The position numbers and the translations under genes are program-made. Below are positions 13,601 through 24,759 of a DNA stretch of 64,000 bases, piece by piece. The notes beneath the pieces are model-generated. The model searched no databases. It was not told where the DNA came from and saw nothing but the letters and a program-made list of their open reading frames with translations. The DNA comes from Isurus oxyrinchus (lineage: Eukaryota), in assembly GCA_026770705.1 (NCBI GenBank), contig JANJGN010000016.1:88164001-88228000 (forward strand). The letters run 5' to 3'. Each line of letters opens with the position of its first letter. The stretch's first letter is position 1.

Positions 13601-16600
13601 ATGATCTCTTCTACATGTGATCTCCGAATAGTATTTTGCTTCAGCCAATTTATTCGTGATCTCTTCCACACGAGATCTCTGAATAGTATTTAGCTTCTGC
13701 TATCTTACACATAATCTATTCTACACATGATCTCTTCTGCACCTGATCTCTGAATAGTATTTTGCATCAGCTACTTAACACATGATCTCTTCTACACGTG
13801 ATCTCTTCTACACGTGATCTCTGAATAGTACTTAGCATCAGCTTGTTTACACATGATCTCTTCTACATGTGATCTCTGAATAGTATTTAGCATCAGCTAC
13901 TTTACACGTGATCTCTTCTACACGTGATCTCTGAACAGTATTTTGCATCAGCTTGTTTGCACGTGATCTCTTTACACATGATCTCTGAATATTATCTAGC
14001 ATCAGCTACTTTACACGTGATCTCTTCTATATGAGGTCTCTGAATAGTATTTTGCTTCAGCTAGTTTACACATGATCTCTTCTACACGTGATCTCTGAAT
14101 AGTATTTAGCATCATATAGTTTACACATGATCTCTTCTACATGTGATCACTGAATAGTATTTAGCATCAGCTACTTTACACATTATCTCTTCTACACGTG
14201 ATCTCTGAATAGTATTTAGCATCAGCTTGTTTACACATGATCTCTTCTACATGTGATCTCCGAATAGTATTTTGCTTCAGCCAATTTACTCGTGAGCTCT
14301 TCCACACGAGATCTCTGAATAGTATTTAGCTTCAGCTATCTTACACATAATCTCTTCTACACATGATCTCTTCTGCACCTGATCTCTGAATAGTATTTTG
14401 CATCAGCTACTTAACACATGATCTCTTCTACACGTGATCTCTGAATAGTACTTAGCATCAGCTTGTTTACACATGATCTCTTCTACACATGATCTCTGAA
14501 TAGTATTTAGCTTCAGCTACTTTACACGTGATCTCTTCTACATGTGATCTCTGAATAGTATTTTGCATCAGCTAATTTACACGTGATCTCTTCTACACAT
14601 GATATCGGAATACTATTTAGCTTCAGCAACATTACTCGTGATCTCTTCAACACAATATATCTGACTAGTATTTAACATCAGCTATCTTACACATGATCTC
14701 TTCTACAAGTGATCACTTCTACACCTGATCTCTGAATAGCATTTTGCATCAGTTACTTAACACATGATCTCTTCTACACGTGACCTCTGAATATTATTTA
14801 GCATCAGCTAGTTTACACGTGATCACTTCTACATGTGATCTCTGAATAGTATTTAGCATCATCTAATTTATAAGTGATCTCTTCTACATGTCATCTCTGA
14901 ATATTATCTAGCATCAGCTACTTTACACGTCATCTCTTCTACACGTGATCTCTGAATAGTATTTAGCATCAGCTACTTTACACGTGATCTCTTCTACACG
15001 TGATCTCTGAAAACTATTTAGCATCAGCTACTTTACACGTGATCTCTTCTCCACATGATCTCTGAAAACTATTTAGCATCATCTAGTTTTCACATGACCT
15101 CTTCTACATGTGATCTCTGAATAGTATTTAGCATCAGCTAATTTACATGTGATATATTCTACACGAGATCTCTGAATAGTATTTAGCACCAGATAGTTTA
15201 CACATGATCTCTTCTACACGTGATCACTGAATAGACTTTAGCATCAGCTGCTTTACACGTGATCTCTTCTGCACGTGTTGTCTGAATAGTATTTAGCATC
15301 TGCGACTTTACACGTGATCTCTTCTACACGTGATCTATGAATAGTATTAGCTTAAGCTAATTTACACATGATCTGTTCTACACGTGATCTCTGAATAGTA
15401 TTTAGCCTCAGCTAATTTACACGTGATCTCTTCTACATGTGATCTCTGAATAGTATTTAGCATCAGCTACTTTACACGTGATCTCTTCTACACGTGATCT
15501 CTGATTGGTATTTAGCATCAGCTTGTTTACACGTGATCTCTTCTAAACGTGATCTCAGAATGGAATTTAGCATCAGCTACATTACACGTGATCTCTTCTA
15601 AACGTGATCTCAGAATAGAATTTAGCATCAGCTACTTTACACGTGATCTCTTCTACACATGATCTCGGTATTGCATTTAACACCAGCTACTTTACGCGTG
15701 ATCTCTTCCACATGTCTTCTGTGAATAGTATTTAGCATCAGTTACTTTACACGTGATCTCTTCTACACATGATCTCAGAATAGCATTTAGCACCAGCTAC
15801 TTTACACGTGATCTCTTCTACACATGATCTCTGAATAGTATTTAGCATCAGCTACTTTACACGTGATCCCTTCTACACGTGATCACTGAATAGAATTTAG
15901 CATCAGTTACTTTACACATGATCTCTTCTACACGTGATCTCTGAATAGTATTTAGCATCAGCTACTTTACACATGATCTCTTCTACACATGATCTCTGAA
16001 TAGTATTTAGCACCAGCTACTTTACACATGATCTCTTCTACATGTGATCTCGGAATAGTATTTAGCATCAGCTTGTTTACACATGATCTCTTCTACATGT
16101 GATCTCTGAATAGTATTTAGCATCAGCTAATTTATATGTGATCTCTTCTACACATGATCTCTGAATAGTATTTAGCATCAGCTTGTTTACATGTGATCTC
16201 TTCTACACATGATCTCTGAATAGTATTTAGCATCATATAGGTTACACATGATCTCTTCTACATGTGATCTCGGAATATATTTAGCATCAGCTACTTTACA
16301 CATGATCTCTTCTACACGTGATCTCTGAATAGTATTTAGCATCATCTAATTTATACGTGATCTCTTCTACATGTCATCTCTGAATATTATCTAGCATCAG
16401 CTACTTTACACGTGATCTCTTCTATGTGTGATCTCTGCATAGTGTTTAGCAACAACTACTATACACATGATCTCTTCTACACGTGATCTCTTCTACACGT
16501 GATCTCTGAATAGTATTTTGCCTCAACTAGTTTACACGTGATCTCTTCTACAAATGATCTCTGAATAGTATTTAGCATCAGCTTGTTTACATGTGATCTC

Positions 16601-18590
16601 TTCTATACCTGATCTCTGAATAGTATTTAGCATCATATAGGTTACACATGATCTCTTCTATACCTGATCTCTGAATAGTATTTAGTTTAGCTATCTTACA
16701 CATGATCTCTTCTACACATGATCTCTTCTGCACCTGATCTCTGAATAGTATTTTGCATCATCTGCTTAACACATGATCTCTTCTACATGTGATCTCTGAA
16801 TAGTATTTAGCATCAGCTTGTTTACACATGATCTCTTCTACATGTGATCTCTGCATAGTATTTAGCATCAGCTAATTTACACGTGATCTCTTCTACACAT
16901 GATCTCTGAATAGTATTTAGCATCAGCTTGTTTACATGTGATCTCTTCTACATGTGATCTCTGAATAGTATTTAGCTTCAGCTAATTTACACATGATCTC
17001 TTCTACACGTGTTCTCTGAATAGTATTTAGCATCAGCTACTTTACACATGATCTCTTCTATACCTGATCTCTGAATAGTATTTAGCATCAGCTACTTTAC
17101 ACATGATCTCTTCTACACGTGATCTCTGAATGGTATTTAGCATCAGCTTCTTTACACATGATCTCTTCTACACGTGATCTCTGAATCGTATTTAGCATCA
17201 GCTACTTTACACGTGATCTCTTCTAAACGTGATCTCAGAATAGAATTTAGCATCAGCTACATTACACGTGATCTCTTCTACACATGATCTCGGAATTGAA
17301 TTTAACACCAGCTACTTTACACGTGATCTCTTCCACATGTGATCTGTGAATAGTATTTAGCATCAGTTACTTTACACGTGATCCCTTCTACACATGACCT
17401 CGGAATAGCATTTAGCACCAGCTACTTTACACGTGATCTCTTGTACACGTGATCTCTGAATAGTATTTAGCATCAGCTACTTTACACATGATCTCTTCTA
17501 CACGTGATCTCTGAATGGTATTTAGCATCAGCTTCTTTACACATGATCTCTTCTACACGTGATCTCTGAATAGTATTTAGCATCAGCTACTTTACACGTG
17601 ATCTCTTCTAAACGTGATCTCAGAATAGAATTTAGCATCAGCTACATTACACGTGATCTCTTCTACACATGATCTGGGAATTGAATTTAACACCAGCTAC
17701 TTTACACGTGATCTCTTCCACATGTGATCTGTGAATAGTATTGAGCATCAGTTACTTTACACGTGATCCCTTCTACACATGATCTCGGAATAGTATTTAG
17801 CATCAGCTACTTTACACGTGATCCCTTCTACATGTGATCACTGAATAGAATTTAGCATCAGTTACTTTATACATGATCTCTTCTACACGTGATCTCTGAA
17901 TAGAATTTAGCATCAGCTACTTTACACATGATCTCTTCTACATATGATCTCGGAATAGTATTTAGCATCAGCTACTTTACACGTGATCTCTTCTACACGT
18001 GATCTCTGAATAGTATTTAGCATCAGTTACTTTACACGTGATCTCTTCTACATGTGATCTCTGAATAGTATTTAGCATCAGCTACTTTACACGTGATCTC
18101 TTCTACACGTGATCTCTGAATAGTATTTAGCATCAGTTACTTTACACGTGATCTCTTCTACACATGATCTCTGAATAGTATTTAGCATCAGCTTGTTTAC
18201 ATGTGATCTCTTCTACATGTCATCTCCGAATATTATTTAGCTTCGGCTAGTTTACACATGATCTCTTCTATACGTGATCTCTGAATATTATTTTGTATCA
18301 GTTGGTTTCACACGTGATCTCTTCTACATGTGATCTCTGAATATTATTTAGCATCAGCTGGTTTACACATGATCACTTCTAAATGTGATCTCTGAATAGT
18401 ATTTAGCATCAGATAGTTTACACGTGATCTCTTCTACACGTGATCTCTTCTACATGTGATCTCGGAATAGTATTTAGCATCAGCTACTTTACATGTGATC
18501 TCTTCTACATGTGATCTCTGAATAGTATTTAGCATCAGCTTGTTTACACGTGATCTCTTCTACACGTGATCTCTGAATAGTATTTAGTAT
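1597..18590. repeat. 55-bp satellite array, ~17 kb, ~310 monomers, derived from Gypsy RT
   Basis: Consensus ctgaatagtatttagcatcagctactttacacgtgatctcttctacacgtgatct; period 55 (e.g. gaata at 3806 and 3861). It has an internal 16-bp sub-repeat tacacgtgatctcttc, and some monomers carry an extra sub-repeat. Confidence 0.97.
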
Positions 18591-18789
18591 CCAACACGAG
18601 CTCTCTGACATTAAACCCCCAGGTTCAGGGACCCTCTATCTCGCACAGAGCACCGTATAGTATCTAATTCTAGAGTCCGCTGTCACACTCAACAATTATC
18701 CTGACCACTCCCAGAGCATCATCTGGGGTAACTTCGGGGTGCAGAGAATGGGAGGTCGTGGGTCAGTGTCACAATTGCTAATAATGGAG

Positions 18790-19610
18790 AAAATAGACTG
18801 GGGGAAGTTCAAGAGGCAGCATTAGAGCAACATAGATATCCCAGAGAGTTGTGGGGCTGGAGGATGTTACAGAGATGGCGGGGGCGGGGGAGGGTACAGG
18901 CTATGGAGGGATTTCTAAACAAGGGTGCGAATTTTAAATTCAAGGCTGTGCTTGACTGAGAGTCAGTGTGAGTCAGTGAGCGCAGGGGTGATAGACGAAG
19001 GAGACACAGGCAGCAGATTTTGGGTGATATCGAGATTATGAAGGGTAGGATGTTGGATGTGGGTCAGGAGTATGTTAGAATAGTCATGTCTGGAGGTTAC
19101 ACAGACATTGATGAGGGTTTCCATAGAAGATGAGCTGAGCTGGGCCTGAGTCAGGTGTTTTTATGTAAGTGGAAATAGACGGTCTTAGTGATGACACAGT
19201 TACATGGTTAGAAGCCCATCTCAGGGGCAAATATAACACCAAGTTTGTGAACAGCCACAGAGCAGACAGGGAGAGGGATGGAACTGGTGGCTAGGAAATG
19301 GAGATTGTGGCATGGACTGAAGGCATTGGCTTTGGAATTCCTGGTATTCAGTCGGTGGATATTTCTGCTCATCCAGGAGTGAATATCGGATACGAGTCTG
19401 ATCATTTTGAGACCGTGGAGGGGTTGAGAGAGATGGTGGTGAGATGGAGCTGGGTGCTGTCAGTGTACACGTGGAACCTGATGCTGTGATTTCAGATGTG
19501 GGGCAGTAAGTAGATGAGAAATCGGAGGCGGCCACAGTTAGATCCTTGAGAGACACCAGAGGGAACAGACCAGGAGCTGGAAGAGAAGCCATTGCAGGTA
19601 ATTCTGTGTG
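18790..19610 (-). mobile_element. Degenerate L2-clade LINE RT 3' fragment
   Basis: Minus-strand VSDIHSWMSRNIHRLNTRNSKA...LGVIF resembles the L2 'L.DI.SWM..NFL.LN..KTE' motif. Similar to the fragments at 33660-34145 and 35865-36495. Confidence 0.65.
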
Positions 19611-19644
19611 ATTAGATCGATAAGAATGGAATTCCCAGTCAGCA

Positions 19645-19995
19645 CTCTGTCTCTTCCAGGACGAGATAGCACAGAACAGGCTCGAGCAGGACCTGACCAT
19701 GGGGAGGAGGGGCACGTCAGTATGAGGTCCCTCCCCTTGAGGAGGCAGTGCTGGTGGTGAATGGGAGGGCAGTGGGAGACACAGTGAATGCAGGGAGAGC
19801 AGCTGGGGGGCATCTCACCGGGAGGTATGTGAGCATTCCAGCTTCCTCACAGAGACACAGATATTCCCAATCCCGAATCCCCCAAACCCATCCTCACTCC
19901 CAACTCCATATGGTCTCATCACACATCCCGTCCTGTAGAGGTCACACAGACTGTACCCAAACCCTCCCAATGTTATCATTGCAGGTTCCAGAAGC
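19645..19995 (+). mobile_element. Possible PIF/Harbinger Myb/SANT-like gene relic (one exon-like segment)
   Basis: Acceptor ctctgtctcttccag|19660, donor 19824|gtatgt, second acceptor ending at 19984. The translation DEIAQNRLEQDLTMGRRG resembles the 'K.AHNRRE...TGGG' motif of Harbinger Myb-like proteins and is interrupted by a stop. Confidence 0.35.
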
Positions 19996-19997
19996 AA

Positions 19998-20495
19998 GAT
20001 CCACCTCACCCCCTCCCCCATAGAGGAATAGGAAGTTCCACCTCACCCCCTCCCCCATAGAGGAATAGGAAGATCCACCTCCCCCCTCCCCCATAGAGGA
20101 ATAGGAAGATCCATCTCACCCCCTCCCCCATAGAGGAATAGGAAGATCCATCTCACCCCCCTCGCCCATAGAGGAATAGGAAGATCTACCTCACCCCCTC
20201 GCCCATAGAGGAATAGGAAGATCCATCTCACCCCCTCCCCCATAGAGGAATAGGAAGATCCACCTCCCCCCTCCCCCATAGAGGAATAGGAAGATCCATC
20301 TCACCCCCTCCCCCATAGAGGAATAGGAAGATCCACCTCCCCCCTCCCCCATAGAGGAATAGGAAGATCCATCTCACCCCTCCCCATAGAGGAATAGGAA
20401 GATCCACCTCACCCCCTCCCCCATAGAGGAATAGGAAGATCCATCTCACCCCCTCCCCCATAGAGGAATAGGAAGATCCATCTCACCCCCTCCCC
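19998..20495. repeat. ~37-bp minisatellite (~13 copies)
   Basis: Unit catagaggaataggaagatccatctcaccccctcccc; period 36-37. Confidence 0.95.
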
Positions 20496-20499
20496 ACGC

Positions 20500-21625
20500 T
20501 CCAGTACTTTTCATTAGTAATGATAAGTTCTAGAAAGATTAATGGGGTAAAAGGTGATAAATCCCCTGGACCTGGTGCCCAACATCCTCGGGGTCTAATA
20601 GATGTGGCTGCAGAGAGAGCGGATGCATGGGTTTCATCTTCCCGAATTCCCCAGATTCTAGACCATTCCCCATGGATTGGAAGGTAGTGAATGTAACCCC
20701 ACTGTTCCAGAAAGGAGGGAGGGAGAAAACAGGGAATTATAGACCAGTTAGTCTGACATCAGGAATAGGGAAAATACTGGAATCTTTTATGGGGGATGTG
20801 GTAACAGGACACTTGGAAAATCCCGGCCTTGATTAGACTCGGTCAACAGGGATTTATGAAAGGGAATCATGTCTGACTGAAGGATTGTAGATTTTTCAGT
20901 GTGTAACTGGCAGGGTCGATACGGAGGAGCCATCGATTCGGTATATTTGGATTTTCAGGAGACACTGGATAAGATTCCACACGGGAGGTTGTGACACAAG
21001 ATTAGGGCTCATGGGATTGGGGAGAATGTATGAACATGGATTCCGGACAAGCTAACGGACAGAACACGGCGGGAATGAACCAGTCACTATTCAAACATAT
21101 TAGATAGGTTTGAAATAAAGATAGAATTGCTTTAGGAGCAGTTCAGAGAAGGTCCACTGAACTCATTCCTGGGATGAAGGTGTTGTTTTATGAAGGAAGC
21201 TCCAACAGGTCAGGCCTATATCCACTGGAGTTTCAAAGAGCGAGAGGGGATCTTATTGAAACATATAAGATCCTGCGGGGACTTGATAGAGTGGATACCC
21301 TGAGGATGTTTCCTCATCTGGGGGAGACTAGAACTAGGGGTCATAGTTTAAAAATAAGGGGTCTCCCTTTTAAGCAAGAGATGTGAAGAAAAGCTTTATC
21401 CCAAAGTGTAGTTGGTGTGTGGAATTCTCTTCCCCAGAAAGTAGTGGAGCCAGGGTTTCTGAATTGATTCAGGGCAGAGTTAGATTTTTATAGGCAACAA
21501 AGTCAAGGCTTAAGGGGGGCAGGAAAGTGGAGCTGAGACTATAACCGGATTAGCCTTTCTCGTATTGAATGACGGAGCAGGCTCGAAGGGCCGAATGGCC
21601 TACTGCTGTTCCGATGTTCCTGTGT
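20500..21625 (+). mobile_element. Internally deleted CR1 LINE (RT to 3' UTR)
   Basis: DWKVVNVTPLFQKGGREKTGNYRPVSLTS and RGDLIETYKILRGLDRVD...TRGHSLKI, followed by the 3' UTR 'gggccgaatggcctactgctgttcc'. Confidence 0.85.
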
Positions 21626-22167
21626 CCCTGTTATCAGGATGGAGAGCTGGAACTAACAGGACAGGATCATTGGGTCTCTGCTATTTACAATCGAGAGCAA
21701 TGATTTAGACGAGGGGTCTGAGTGTAACACAGACAGGGCTACTGACAATAAATAGTTAGTTGGGAAAGTAAGCTGTGAGGAGGATACAAAGAGACTGCAA
21801 AGGGATATAAACAGGTTCAGATATTCGAGAGAGAGAGAGAGAGAGAGAGGAGAGTATGGGAGACACCCTCAGGGTTTAAACTGAAACGTGACAGAGCAGC
21901 TGCTGAGAGAGGCGACTGGAACAGGAGAAAAAAAATCACAAAGAGACGATCACCGCACAAGGAGAAGTGGCAGGGGTAAGTTTACCCAGAAACAGTTCAG
22001 TGAATCCTCCTATCAGCTAAACCCGATCAAGTGATGTATTCAAAACTGTAAAATAAGATTAGTTGATTAAATATGATGACCACAAATTTTGCCTCCATAA
22101 CCCCGGGAATTTCGACACGACAGGAACCCGATTGGAAACAAAATGGCGGCTGCAGATAAAAAAAACA

Positions 22168-23310
22168 ACTTCTCATTCTCCCTGGTCCCTTGGATCTCTA
22201 ACTCTGGGAGATTTCCTGTATCTTTGTCAGTGAAGACAGACACAAAGTAATCATTTAGCTTCTCTGCCATTTCTCTATTCCCCATTATAAATTCTCTTAG
22301 CTGCCTGTAATGGACCCACATTTATTTTAGCTAAACATTTCCTTTTTCATATCTACAGAAGCTTTTACAGTCCGTTTATATGTCTTTTGCGAGTTTACGT
22401 TCATTTTCTATTCTCCCTTTATCAGTTTCTTGGCCCTCCTTTGCTGTTTTCTAAAATGCTCCCAATCCTTAAGTTTGTTAATATTTTCGACAACTTTATA
22501 AGCCCTTACTTTTAATCTTAAACAATCCTTAATGTCCTTTGTTAGCCACATTGACTGATTTTCCTTTTTTGGTTTTTGTGCCTTGAAGGAATGTATAATT
22601 GCAGTAAACTATGTAATAATTCACAAAAGACTATCCATTGCCAATGTACTGTCGCACCTTTCGATGTATTTCCCAATCCACATCAAGCAATTTTCCCTCT
22701 CACAGAAACCCAAGGAGAAATCATTTTCCTTGTTGAAATTTAACACACTGGTTTCGGATTGAACTGCCTCACTTTCAAACATAATGTAAATTACCGAATA
22801 CTCGATCTATAATAGCCTGTCCTCTGGTCCGTTCCTCAACATTCTGCTCTAGAAAACCATCCCTAACACACTCCAGAAACTCCTCCTTCCCAGTGTCAGT
22901 GCTCATTGCTCTTACCCAGTCTATATGCAAATTGAAATCACCCATGATCACTGTATTACCCATTCTACACATGTCTCTAATCTCCTGATCAATATCATGC
23001 CCCACATTACCAATACTGTTTGGTGGCTGATGAACAGCTCCAACCAATCTTTGCTGCCTCTTGCTGTTTCTTAGCTCCCACACAAACAGATTCCACACAT
23101 TGTTCTTCTGATCTGAGATCCACCCATACTAATGCCTGATCCTGTCCCTTATTATCAGCGCAGTACTAACACCTTTTCCTTTCTCCTGTCCTTCCTAAAT
23201 GTCAAATAACATTGAATATTCAGTTCCCAGTCTTTGTCACCCTGTAGCCACATTTCTGTAATGGCAATTAGATCATAGGCATTTACCTCTATCTGTGCCT
23301 TTAATTTGCT
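22168..23310 (-). mobile_element. CR1 LINE fragment (endonuclease and linker)
   Basis: Minus-strand VIMGDFNLHIDW...EEFLECVRDGFLEQNV and MAEKLNDYFVSVFT. Confidence 0.85.
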
Positions 23311-23698
23311 AGTTAATAATGCTTGCACACAAACAGCAGAGAGACCTTACCCTGAGTGAGACACAGCCAGAGTGAGTGTGGGTATTGGCAATTTGGTGCA
23401 CAGTGGGAATTCGCTACACAAGGGAAGAGGTGCTCTTTGTGTTTTTTTCTTTGCTATCCAACTTCTTAAATCTTCAGAGAGTGGTCTTGCCCTGCTGCAG
23501 CAGTAGAGGCTACAAGGGAAAGGAACGGCTGGTAAGTAGTGGGTAAGGTCGGGTAAGTATTTACTACTTTTATTGCTTATAGTTTAAGGACTATAATCAA
23601 AGATTGGTTTATGGTTTGTATATTCTGTAGTAATGAGGATCAGGAAAGAAGGGCCCTAGAGTAATTGATTTACAATGTTTAATTTAAAGAGATAAATC

Positions 23699-24635
23699 AT
23701 GGCAGGAGAGCTCAAAGCCGTGGTGTGCTCTTCGTGCTCCATGTGTGAAGCTGGGAACATTTCCAGTGCCCGGGACCAGCATTTGTGCAGGAAGTGTGTC
23801 CAGCTGCAGCTCCTGGAAGCTCAGATTTCAGAGCTGGAACGGAAGCTGGAGACACTGTGGAGCATCCGCAAGTCTGAGAGCATCGTGGATAGCACATTTA
23901 GAGAGGTGGTCACATTGCAGCTGAAGTGACTTGAGGAAGGAAAGGAATGGGTGACCACAAGGCAGTCCAAACGAAACAGGCAGGTAGTTCAGGAGTCCCC
24001 TGCGGTCCCGCTCACAAATCGGTATTACATTTTGGAGTCTGATGAGGATGCTGGTTCCTCCAGAGAGTGCAGACAGAGCCAAGCTTCTGGCACCACAAGC
24101 AGCCTGTCTGTACCAGACGGGAGGAAGAGCAATAGTAATAGAGGATTATATAGTCAGGGGAACAGGTAGGCGCTACTGCGGCTGTCAACGTGACTCCAGG
24201 ATGGTGTGTTGCCTCCTTGGTGCCAGGGTCCGGGATGTCACTGAACAGCTGCAGGGCATCCTGAAGGGGGTGGGTGATAAGGCAGAGGTCATGGTACATG
24301 TTGGTACCAATGACATAGGTAGAAAGAGGGATGAGGTCTTGCATCAATATTTCAGGGAGTTAGGCAGTAGACTAAAAAGCAAGACCTCTCGGGTTGTAAT
24401 CTCTGGATTACTACCAGTGCCACGTGCTAGTGAGCACAGAAATAGGAGAATAGTGCAGATAAATACGTGGATTAAGAGTTGGTGCAGGAGGGAGGGTTTT
24501 AGATTCCTGGATCACTGGGACCGTTTCTGGGGAAGGTGGGACCTGTACAAGTGGATCGGTCTACATCTGAACCAGAGCGGGACTGACATCCTTGCAGGCG
24601 GGTTTGCCAGTGCTGTTGGGAGGTGTTTAAAATAA
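23699..24635 (+). pseudogene. CR1 ORF1 (zinc finger/coiled coil + SGNH esterase), disrupted
   Basis: VVCSSCSMCE...LCRKC, LLEAQISELERKLETL, IVIEDYIVRG, VHVGTNDI and GLHLN. There is an in-frame TGA at 23927-23929 and a frameshift near 24120. Confidence 0.88.
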
Positions 24636-24759
24636 TTAGGCAGGGGGAGGGGACACAGAATGTTAACAGAATAGGGACGCATCATAATACAATAAAACAA
24701 TCAAGTCAGACGGAGTACAGCTGCATTAAGTTTCAAGGGAGTAAGGCAAGGCTGGATGG

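Noticed and set aside
1597-18590. CRISPR-like regular repeat
   Set aside because: Head-to-tail monomers with no unique spacers, no cas genes, and a vertebrate context.
18620-18720. Minus-strand peptide ...VTADSRIRYYTVLCAR resembling a VH FR3 end
   Set aside because: Wrong spacing for YYCAR, flanked by stops, and no upstream Cys/Trp framework or RSS.
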